Part shown: piece after piece, positions 1 through 9,641 of the stretch
How positions within the stretch are numbered: position 1 is the first letter of the stretch
How the letters are laid out: each line of letters opens with the position of its first letter
Assembly (NCBI GenBank): GCA_002269645.1
Contig: NIVC01003288.1
Span: forward strand, 1 to 26,554
Length of the DNA stretch: 26,554 nucleotides
From: Macrostomum lignano
Lineage: Eukaryota
Direction: 5' to 3'
The notes under the pieces: model-generated
What the model was told of the DNA's origin: nothing
The model's input: only the letters and a program-made list of their open reading frames with translations
Database searches by the model: none
Translations under genes and position numbers: made by a program

Positions 1-750
1 TTCCCCACTCACAAAGCTTCCACACAGCGGGGATAGGAGGGGAGTTTCAGCGATATAAAAGTCTACTAAATTTATCATAGAATTATTTTGCTCTGGTGAA
101 ACCAATTTTAAAAATATTGGCCTTCAATTTCTTAGCTTCTCAACAGAGATTAGAAATTGAGAGAAATCGCGAATGAAAATGAGGTTGTTAACAGTAGCTT
201 TTCCAGGTTTTGTTTCACAGGTCTCCTTGGAACAGCTCTCGGGCAGCAGTTGATTTTAGCTGATTTATGATTTATGACAGGCGAGGACAATGCCCAACCA
301 CACACTGGACGCTGAGAGGATTGTGGGGCCGAAATAATTTCTAGTTGTGCGCTTCTGTAGTAGATGTGAGATACCCACTGATCCTAATTAAAGTCATGTT
401 AATCCCAAGGATTATGTTCCTTGGCAAATTTTAGCTCGTAGGAGGCAGGAGGCACCAATGAGCCGAGCCGAGCCATTTTTTTATTGTTTTTAGGCACAGG
501 ACATTGCCATTGTTACATAGAATATAAAATCAGCATAGAATCATAATTCCACATCTACCACAGAAAGGTAAAACTTATAAAAAGATGAACATTGGGTCTG
601 GCTTCTATCAAAAGCAAGAACAGTTTTTTTGTGCTGAAACGATAAAACACTCCTATCTCCGTAATGTATTTTCTTCCGAAAATTTTTCCAAGAAACGTTG
701 TTTCCCATCCTTCTATTTTAGTAGTCCTTGGATGAGCCAAGGTAACTTAC

Positions 751-888
751 CTGTTCGTGCTTGCACTCCTTGAGCCACTGCAGCATGGCGTCAATGGCAT
801 TGATCTTCAGCTGGTCCTGGTCGGCCTTCTGGTCCTCCAGGCTCATTGCGCGGCCCATGGGCAGGAATTCCAGGCTCTTCTCGTTCCA
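751..888 (-). CDS. ITPR-like: Exon 26 (window numbering), C-terminal tail: WNEKSLEFLPMGRAMSLEDQKADQDQLKINAIDAMLQWLKECKHEQ
   Basis: cccctgacag acceptor, GTAAGT donor, 46 codons, phase 0/0; resembles IP3R LDWFPRMRAMSL. Not in the ORF track. Confidence 0.85.
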
Positions 889-927
889 CTGTCAGGGGAA
901 TGGAGCACAGTGCAATATTGCAGTTTG

Positions 928-2912
928 CTAAGCATAACATTCCCCTAAGCATCACATTCCACCAAGCATCACATTCCCCAATGCATCACATTCCCCAAGC
1001 ATAACATTCCCCTAAGCATCACATTCCCCAATCATCACATTCCCCAATGCATCACATTCCCAAGCATCACATTCCACCAAGCATCACATTCTCCCAAACA
1101 TCACATTCCCCAATCATCACATTCCCCAATGCATCACATTCCCAAACATCACATTCCCCAATGCATCACATTCTCCCAAACATCACATTCTCCAATCATC
1201 ACATTCCGCCAAGCATCACATTCCCCAAACATCACATTCCACCAAGCATCACATTCCCCAATGCATCACATTCCCCAATGCATCACATTCCCCAAGCATC
1301 ACATTTCACCAAGCATCACATTCCCCCAAGCATCACATTCCACCAAGCATCACATTCCCCAAGCATCACATTCCACCAAGCATCACATTCCCCAAGCATC
1401 ACATTCCACCAAGCATCACATTCTCCCAAACATCACATTCCCCAATCATCACATTCCCCAATGCATCACATTCCCCAATGCATCACATTCCCCCAAGCAT
1501 CACATTCTCCCAAACATCACATTCCCCAATCATCACATTCCCCAATGCATCACATTCCCAAGCATCACATTCCCCAATCATCACATTCCCCAATGCATCA
1601 CATTCCCAAGCATCACATTCCCCAATGCATCACATTCCCAAACATCACATTCCCCAATCATCACATTCCCCAATACATCACATTCCCCAAGCATCACATT
1701 CCACCAAGCATCACATTCTCCCAAACATCACATTCCCCAATCATCACATTCCCCCAATGCATCACATTCCCCAAGCATCACATTCCCCAATGCATCACAT
1801 TCCCCAATGCATCACATTCCCAAACATCACATTCCCCAATCATCACATTCTCCCAAACATCACATTCCACCAAGCATCACATTCTCCCAAACATCACATT
1901 CCCCAATCATCACATTCCCCAATGCATCACATTTCCCAAGCATCACATTCCCCAAGCATCACATTCTCCCAAACATCACATTCCCCCAAGCATCACATTC
2001 CACCAAGCATCACATTCCCCAAGCATCACATTCCACCAAGCATCACATTCCCCAAGCATCACATTCCACCAAGCATCACATTCTCCCAAACATCACATTC
2101 CCCAATCATCACATTCCCCAATGCATCACATTCCCCAATGCATCACATTCCCCCAATGCATCACATTCCCCAATGCATCACATTCCCCAAACATCACATT
2201 CCCCAATGCATCACATTCCCCAATGCATCACATTCCCCAATGCATCACATTCCCCCAAGCATCACATTCTCCCAAACATCACATTCCCCAATCATCACAT
2301 TCCCCAATGCATCACATTCCCAAGCATCACATTCCCCAATCATCACATTCCCCAATGCATCACATTCCCAAGCATCACATTCCCCAATGCATCACATTAC
2401 CAAACATCACATTCCCCAATACATCACATTCCCCAAGCATCACATTCCACCAAGCATCACATTCTCCCAAACATCACATTCCCCAATCATCACATTCCCC
2501 AATGCATCACATTCCCCAATGCATCACATTCCCAAACATCACATTCCCCAATCATCACATTCCCCAATACATCACATTCCCCAAGCATCACATTCCACCA
2601 AGCATCACATTCTCCCAAACATCACATTCCCCAATCATCACATTCCCCCAATGCATCACATTCCCCAAGCATCACATTCTCCCAAACATCACATTCTCCA
2701 ATCATCACATTTCCCCAATGCATCACATTCCCCAAGCATCACATTCCATCAAGCATCACATTCTCCCAAACATCACATTCCCCAATCATCACATTCCCCA
2801 ATGCATCACATTTCCCAAGCATCACATTCCACCAAGCATCACATTCCCCAATGCATCACATTCTCCCAAACATCACATTCCCCAATGCATCACATTCCCC
2901 AATGCATCACGT
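928..2912. repeat. Intronic minisatellite, ~16-18 bp unit (cc[c/a]caa[t]gcatcacatt), >100 copies
   Basis: Directly visible; several unit variants arranged in recurring blocks. Confidence 0.97.
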
Positions 2913-2944
2913 TCCCTCACATTCACAATCCAAATTCGACTCAC

Positions 2945-3142
2945 CAGCTTTACAACGTGCAAGTCCAATGCGGTCAGATCGTTCACCTTAGTCTGGTGCA
3001 GGTAGATCAGGTAATAGAAATAAGCCCATAAATTGTGCTCATTCTCAACGTGGTGATAGAACCCGGATGCTTTGGTCTCAAATTCGAAGCTGCTCCGATT
3101 GCAGAGCAGGCAGCCGGTGACCATGTCTGCTTTTTTCCTTTC
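2945..3142 (-). CDS. ITPR-like: Exon 25: linker with C2H2 zinc finger (ERKKADMVTGCLLC...HVENEHNLWAYFYYLIYL)
   Basis: Within ORF 2873..3208; gagcag acceptor, GTGAGT donor; matches IP3R CFIC...HIKEEHNMWHY. Confidence 0.9.
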
Positions 3143-3489
3143 CTGCTCGAACAAAAAAGCAGAAATTGGCAATAAATGCTTTAGGCCGGGAACGAACCAA
3201 GCTAACAACTACTATAGATGATGAATGGTCCAAGCCTGATTATAGCAAAACCCTCCTTTCCGCGGTGTGTTCAACCGTGACCTTGGCGCCAGTGGCAGCA
3301 AATTTATGATTTATGACCACTAAAGTATTCGGTTTACGGTGCGTGTGAAAGCTCGGCCGAGCTCTTGTAGAAAAGTCCAAAGTCAGTCTCGATGGTGAAT
3401 CGAATAAATTGATTAGATAATACCTGAATTTACTCACCCATCCGAGCTTCGATTGTCAAATTTATTCATTAAGTTTGCCTAACAAATGA

Positions 3490-4775
3490 CACTAACTTAA
3501 TGAGTGCCTAATTCGTTGAAATAAGCACCTAATTTGGTGTAATGAGCGCCTAATTTGTTAAAATGAGCAACTAATTTAATGTAATGAGCGCCTAATTTAG
3601 TGTAATTGATCTCACCAAATTAGGCACTCCACTCATTACACTAAATTTGATTCTCATTATGAGTGCCTAATTTGTGAAATGAGTGCCTAATTAGGTGAAA
3701 TGAGTGCCTAATTAGGTGAAATGAGTGCCTAATTAGGTGAAATGAGTGCCTAATTAGGTGATATGAGTGCCTAATTTGTGAAATGAGTGCCTAATTAGGT
3801 GAAATGAGTGCCTAATTTGGTGAAATGAGTGCCTAATTTGGTGAAATGAGTGCCTACTTTGTGAAATGAGTGCCTAATTAGGTGAAATGAGTGCCTAATT
3901 TGTGAAATGACTGCCTAATTTGGTGAAATGAGTGCCTAATTAGGTGAAATGAGTGCCTAATTAGGTGAAATGAGTGCCTAATTTGTGAAATGAGTGCCTA
4001 ATTTGGTGAAATGAGTGCCTAATTAGGTGAAATGAGTGCCTACTTTGTGAAATGAGTGCCTAATTAGGTGAAATGAGTGCCTAATTTGTGAAATGAGTGC
4101 CTAATTTGGTGAAATGAGTGCCTACTTTGTGAAATGAGTGCCTAATTAGGTGAAATGAGTGCCTAATTTGTGAAATGAGTGCCTAATTAGGTGAAATGAC
4201 TGCCTAATTTGGTGAAATGAGTGCCTAATTAGGTGAAATGAGTGCCTAATTTGTGAAATGAGTGTCTAATTAGGTGAAATGAGTGTCTAATTTGGTGAAA
4301 TGAGTGCCTACTTTGTGAAATGAGTGCCTAATTTGGTGAAATGAGTGCCTAATTTGTGAAATGAGTGCCTAATTAGGTGAAATGACTGCCTAATTTGGTG
4401 AAATGAGTGCCTAATTAGGTGAAATGACTGCCTAATTTGGTGAAATGAGTGCCTAATTAGGTGAAATGAGTGCCTACTTTGTGAAATGAGTGCCTAATTA
4501 GGTGAAATGAGTGCCTAATTTGTGAAATGAGTGCCTAATTAGGTGAAATGACTGCCTAATTTGGTGAAATGAGTGCCTAATTTGGTGAAATGAGTGCCTA
4601 ATTAGGTGAAATGAGTGCCTAATTAGGTGAAATGAGTGCCTAATTTGTGAAATGAGTGTCTAATTAGGTGAAATGAGTGCCTAATTAGGTGAAATGAGTG
4701 CCTAATTTGTGAAATGAGCGCCTAATTTGGTGTAATGAGCGCCTAATTTGGTTTCAAAGAGCGCCTAATTGGGTT
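3490..4775. repeat. Intronic minisatellite, 20-21 bp unit (gagtgcctaattaggtgaaat), degenerate flanks
   Basis: Homogeneous core ~3655-4715. Confidence 0.97.
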
Positions 4776-4834
4776 TCGGGTGAGCGCCAAGGGGACGCAT
4801 TGTTGAATTTTCATCAAACGAACTCAGCCCCTAC

Positions 4835-4990
4835 CGTCTCTCTCCTGGTCTCCGAGAACTTGTCCAGAATCACGCCGGCAATTATGTTCAACAGCAGCAC
4901 AAATATGATTACAAATGTTGCCATGGTGATAAAGAAGGATGGCAGTAGAAAGTCGAACTCTTTGATTGGCTCGTTCTTTGGCATGAATAC
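4835..4990 (-). CDS. ITPR-like: Exon 24: post-filter loop and TM6 (VFMPKNEP...LLNIIAGVILDKFSETRRET)
   Basis: accccag acceptor, GTAGGG donor, 52 codons; matches IP3R VLNLIFGVIIDTFADLR. Translated by hand. Confidence 0.9.
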
Positions 4991-5104
4991 CTGGGGTAGA
5001 TGAGATTTGAGGTTTGGGCTCTCTGGTAGATTTCACAGCGAAAGCTGACCTCCAGCAACTGAGCATCCTTCTGCTTTATTCATCCAAGAATAGTGTGCAC
5101 TCAC

Positions 5105-5283
5105 GTCAATCCACTTGTCGAAGATGAGGCCCTGTCTTATGAAGCACACAAAGCACTGGAACATGGTCTCACAGTACCAGTTGTCGTCCGAGAACACGTT
5201 GTAACGGAAGAAAGCGAAATTGAAAATTGACAGGATGTAGAGCATTAGGAAGGCCATCACCAGGATTGAGAGCATTGTTGAGG
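5105..5283 (-). CDS. ITPR-like: Exon 23: TM5 and pore helix (MLSILVMAFLMLYILSIFNFAFF...CETMFQCFVCFIRQGLIFDKWID)
   Basis: Within ORF 5033..5332; ttccacag acceptor (phase 1), GTGAGT donor; CETMFQC matches IP3R CETLLMC. Confidence 0.9.
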
Positions 5284-5380
5284 CTGTGGAATTTAGTGCA
5301 GGTGGGTAAGCTGCCTGAGCACCTGTGCTCACACTACGAGTCTAAGTTTAAATACTCATAACTCCCATTACCGAACCCTG

Positions 5381-5570
5381 CTCTCACTTCCCACATCTAC
5401 TACATGATATCTGCTCTCATTTCCCACATCTACCACATGATAGCTGCTCTCATTTCCCACATCTACCACATGATATCTGCTCTCATCTCCCACATCTACC
5501 ACATGATAGCTGCTCTCATCTCCCACATCTGCCACATGATAGCTGCTCTCATCTCCCACATCTACCACAC
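5381..5570. repeat. Intronic 33-bp tandem repeat (ctctcatttcccacatctaccacatgatagctg), ~5.7 copies
   Basis: Visible; produces an 11-aa period in ORF 5368..5568. Confidence 0.93.
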
Positions 5571-5631
5571 TTCCACCACCTACTTTTGCTACTAAAAGCA
5601 GAAAGACCCATTATTAAGAGCCAGTTCTTAC

Positions 5632-6194
5632 AGGCAGACTTCAAAGTGTAAACAACATTCTGCAGAACTACATTGCCAGCAAAGATGTTAATGTGATGGA
5701 AGGCGAATAGATAGTAGCCCCAGTTGTCATAGTAACCGAAAATCGTGCCCAGAACAGACAGGACGAGTAGCAGGCCATAGTAGAAGGTTTCCGGCCCGAT
5801 GAAGTGCACCTCCAGCCTGTTGATCCGCTTGGCCTCCGTGTACTCGTCCTGTATCTCGTCGCCACCGACTTCCTCTTGGCCGCCGTCGCCGCGTCCTTTC
5901 ATGCCCTCGCTTTTGCCTCTGTTTGCTCCGCCGTCCGCTTCGCCGACATCTACGTCGCTGACGCTATCGTCTTCCTCGGCGTCGGCGCCTGACGACGGTG
6001 ACGACGTTGTCTTCGACAACTTCGACAGGGTCCATCCGCGGCAGGTGAAAAGTTTTCTGAGCCCGGCGAGGTTGTTCCAGCCGGGCCGGTTCAGCAGCAC
6101 GAATGATGCAAATAGGATGGCGCAGACGAAGGAGTGCACCAGGGCCAGGCCGAATATGGCCGGCCTGAGGTCGCTTTTCACGTCTGGCACGGCG
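5632..6194 (-). CDS. ITPR-like: Exon 22: TM2-TM4 region with acidic/Gly-rich insert
   Basis: Within ORF 5549..6337; aatccag acceptor (phase 2), GTAAGA donor (phase 1); hydrophobic segments, YYLFAFH motif. Confidence 0.88.
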
Positions 6195-6239
6195 CTGGAT
6201 TGGATTGAATGCGGATTGAACTTTTTTTGGTGACATCGT

Positions 6240-6487
6240 TCCACAACCAGCTCTGAGGCAATTCTGCTCATTCCGCCGCTGACTCCTGATGCACGTGCAA
6301 GCGCGCCAATACTGTACCCAGGCACGCACTCAAACACGCGCTCAAAGACAGCGACTCTTTGACTTTCTAATCGTCAGGCATGTGCACTCTCTGTGTGCCT
6401 TGGGGGCTGGTCCTCATGGCTGTGAATCACACGACAAACCCCTAAGCACCCGAGATTCAGAGGCGTTTTACCGCTGAGCTGCTCCGA
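6240..6487 (-). mobile_element. Degenerate tRNA-derived SINE (family B)
   Basis: A-box-like start GGAGCAGCTCAGCGGTA; the body is colinear with the copy at 25940-26554 (gtgattcacagccatgaggaccagccccc...catgcctgacgattagaaagtca...cagtattggcgcgcttg). Confidence 0.65.
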
Positions 6488-6500
6488 CCCCCTCCCCCCC

Positions 6501-6861
6501 TTTTTTTTTTTTAGAGGCAGGGGGGTTGTGTGCACCCTGGCGCACTTTAAGCGACATAGGCACACAACCGGCGAGAGGCACTACTGCCCATTCCGCCGAC
6601 TCCCCTGAGCAGGCATACAAGCGCGCGGATACGTTACGCAGGCACACACTCACACAGGAGTGTACAGCGGCCCTAACTTTTATCAATTGTTAGGCATGTA
6701 CACTTCACTGCGCCTTGGGGGGTTGGCTCTCAAGGCCGTTAATTGCACAAGCGAGCCAAGCCAAGATTCCAATCCAGCCCCAAATTAATGTGGCTGCACT
6801 TGGAATCGAGCCTGGGTCGCGGCACACCAGAGCAGCTGCGCTACCGCTGGGCTACGGCCCC
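6501..6861 (-). mobile_element. Young tRNA-derived SINE (family A), full length ~360 bp with poly(A) tail
   Basis: Head GGGGCCGTAGCCCAGCGG (A box) ... GGCTCGATTCC (B box); A12 tail; near-identical copy at 15161-15516. Confidence 0.85.
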
Positions 6862-7127
6862 CCTCCCCTCCCCCCTATAATCAACGGTTCAAATACAATG
6901 TCAGAAGTCCAAAACCCAAAAGTCCAGACTTTGTGTATTTTTCCAGGAAATCAGGCCTTCAATTAAGTGTACATCGTCGTTAAGTTCTGCTTCCTGGCAC
7001 TACGAGCGATTCTTCAGCTGTCCTTGGATGCACATAAGTTGTCTATCGCCATGATTAAACTGGCTAAATAGGATGGTCAAGGACTGCCAGATCACATGTA
7101 CACTTCCGGTAACTTGAATTTATTGAA

Positions 7128-7420
7128 ATCAATCAATTGATTACACCTGCCCCAATTGCCAGATGTGCAACCGACAGCTCAGCCGCAGCTATTGCGCGGC
7201 GCATCTGAAGGCCGCGTACGGCTGTTCAGTCCAAGGACTGGGGGTCGCCACACACACCCTCAATTACCCCAGCTTATGCTGGCACCCATTTTACAGCTGG
7301 TTGAACTGAAACAATGCAGAGTTAAGTGTCTTGCTCAAGGATACAAATTGTTCCAGTGGGATCTGGAATCGAACCCCCGACCTTTAAGTCGTGAGTCCGA
7401 CGCTCTAACCACTAGGCTGC
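7128..7420 (-). mobile_element. CORE-type tRNA-derived SINE
   Basis: Head GCCTAGTGGTTAGAGCG...GGTTCGATTCC, followed by CCTTGAGCAAGACACTTAAC...CAGTT...CTGTAAAATGGG, which closely resembles the MIR CORE domain; short (GATT)-like tail. Confidence 0.8.
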
Positions 7421-7470
7421 AATCCTCTAAAGAGAAATTGAGATACGCGCAAAACTCCAGACTGACTCAC

Positions 7471-7778
7471 TCGTAAACTTGTGCGGGTGGCGTGACCGTA
7501 GTGTTCGGTGGCAGAGCCATCCGGTACGCCCACTTTGGCTTGAATGCAATCATGCTCAGTATGGTGATGGCCAGGCTGATCAGCACAGGCAGCCAGTTCC
7601 ACACCAGCCACAGCCGGCTTAGAAACATGGCTATGGGATTCTTGAGTATCCGGGTCGTGTAAGTGACGTCAAGGATGACGGAGTCGGCCCAGCTGAGCAG
7701 ATCCCGCTGCTTCTCCGACGGGTCCCAGAAATTTGTCTTCCATTTGATGTCTTCTTTCACCTCTTCGCGTAGTACGTG
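7471..7778 (-). CDS. ITPR-like: Exon 21: pre-TM region and TM1 (HVLREEVKEDIKW...WNWLPVLISLAITILSMIAF)
   Basis: Within ORF 7467..7799; atacttcag acceptor (phase 0), GTGAGT donor (phase 2). Confidence 0.87.
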
Positions 7779-7944
7779 CTGAAGTATAAGATGGGACATG
7801 TTGTACTTTTTAATTTTCCATGAAACTAAAAAAAGAAATTGAATATTGAAAACTTAAATTGCGAATAGAATTTTTTTTGCTTCAAACAGCTGTAAATTAA
7901 ATTGTAGCTAAATCAAATATTACAAACTGTGAGTCAAATATCGG

Positions 7945-8925
7945 CAAACCGGCATCGATTATAACAAACCGGCATCGATTATAACAAACCGGCATTGATT
8001 ATAGCAAACCGGCATTGATTATAACAAACCGGCATTAATTATAGCAAACCGGCATTGTTTATAACAAACCGGCATTGATTATAACAAACCGGCATTGATT
8101 ATAACAAACCGGCATTGATTATAACAAACCGGAATTGATTATAGCAAACCGGCATTGATTATAACAAACCGGCATTGATTATAACAAACCGGCATTGATT
8201 ATAACAAACCGGCATTGATTATAACAAACCGGCATTGATTATAACAAACCGGAATTGATTATAGCAAACCGGCATTGATTATAACAAACCGGCATTGATT
8301 ATAATAAACTGGCATTGATTATAATAAACCGGCATTGATTATAGCAAACTGGCATTGATTATAACAAACCGGCATTGATTATAACAAACCGGCATTGATT
8401 ATAATAAACCGGCATTGATTATAGCAAACTGGCATTGATTATAACAAACCGGCATTGATTATAACAAACCGGCATTGATTATAATAAACCGGCATTGATT
8501 ATAAAGCAAACTGGCATTGATTATAACAAACCGGCATTGATTATAACAAACCGGCATTGATTATAATAAACCGGCATTGATTATAAAGCAAACTGGCATT
8601 GATTATAACAAACCGGATTGATTATAGCAAACCGGCATTGATTATAACAAACCGGCATTGATTATAACAAACCGGCATTGATTATAACAAACCGGCATTG
8701 ATTATAACAAACCGGCATTGATTATAACAAACCGGCATTGATTATAACAAACCGACATTGATTATAACAAACCGGCATTGATTATAACAAACCGGCATTG
8801 ATTATAACAAACCGGCATTGATTATAGCAAACTGGCATTGATTATAGCAAACCGGCATTGATTATAACAAACCGGCATTGATTATAGCAAACTGGCATTG
8901 ATTATTACACGCCGGAATTGGTTAT
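7945..8925. repeat. Intronic 20-bp minisatellite (accggcattgattataacaa), ~48 copies
   Basis: Directly visible. Confidence 0.97.
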
Positions 8926-9212
8926 AAAAAACTGGGAGCAAAATTATAACAAATTTGAGTTGATTAATAAACTGAGAACAGATAATCGCATAATCCAGAG
9001 TCAATCATGAAAATCGAAGTAAAGCATAGCAAAAAACTGTAGAAGCCTTGTTAGAAAAAGTAAAATAAAATATGCAATTGAACTATGAAAAGCTAAATAA
9101 AAAGAATTTAAAAGTCTAAAATATTATAACAAGCGAAAACAATCAAAACTAATCGACTGTATGGTTAATGTGCCTTGAAGGTGTAAAGTGTCGATTTTAA
9201 TCGAAAGCTCAC

Positions 9213-9328
9213 CCTGCTTTGCACCCGGAAGTGAACCCTGTGCAGACATTCGTCCTTGACGATCTCCACCGAGTCGCCGAACTTGGACATGTACTTGTAC
9301 GCCTTGAGGTACTCGCGGTCCGGATCGT
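9213..9328 (-). CDS. ITPR-like: Exon 20 (DPDREYLKAYKYMSKFGDSVEIVKDECLHRVHFRVQSR)
   Basis: Within ORF 9165..9377; tcattccag acceptor (phase 1), GTGAGC donor; SVEIVKD resembles IP3R QIEIVR. Confidence 0.87.
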
Positions 9329-9382
9329 CTGGAATGATTAGCGGCGTGCCGTTTGTACCAATAGTGCACCTGACCATTATAT

Positions 9383-9631
9383 GGCTACACCTGTCCTAAC
9401 ACCTAACACCAGCCTACACCTGTCCTAACACCTAACACCAGCCTACACCTGTCCTAACACCTAACACCAGCCTACACCTGTCCAATCAACACCAGCCTAC
9501 ACCTGTCCAATCAACACCAGCCTACACCTGTCCAATCAACACCAGCCTACACCTGACAAATCAACACCAGCCTACACCTGACCAATCAACACCAGCCTAC
9601 ACCTGTCCAATCAACACTAGCCTACACCTGA
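9383..9631. repeat. Intronic 25/29-bp tandem repeat (cctacacctgtccaatcaacaccag)
   Basis: About three 29-bp and six 25-bp units. Confidence 0.93.
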
Positions 9632-9641
9632 CCAGTCTTAC

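Noticed and set aside
1047-3031. Three long plus-strand ORFs (517-652 aa, His/Pro/Ser-rich)
   Set aside because: They lie entirely in an intronic minisatellite that lacks stops on that strand, are open in all three frames, and are antisense to the channel gene.
3655-4715. TTAGG motif as telomeric repeat
   Set aside because: TTAGG is only a part of a 21-bp unit, not a tandem (TTAGG)n or (TTAGGG)n tract.
3270-4800. Possible terminal inverted repeats (ccttggcgc ... gcgccaagg) around the 21-bp array
   Set aside because: Only a 9-bp match with no clear target-site duplication; too weak to call a MITE.
6195-6337. N-terminal part of ORF 5549..6337 as coding
   Set aside because: It is upstream of the acceptor at 6195 and overlaps the SINE B relic.
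6790-7420. tRNA genes at 6790-6861 and 7345-7420 (also 15445-15516)
   Set aside because: They have A and B boxes but no convincing cloverleaf with a paired acceptor stem, and they continue into repeated bodies with tails, so they are SINE heads.
7779-7825. Stronger-looking acceptor ttttttag at 7826
   Set aside because: It is phase-incompatible with the upstream donor (leads to TGA in frame). The acceptor at 7779 preserves frame and homology spacing.
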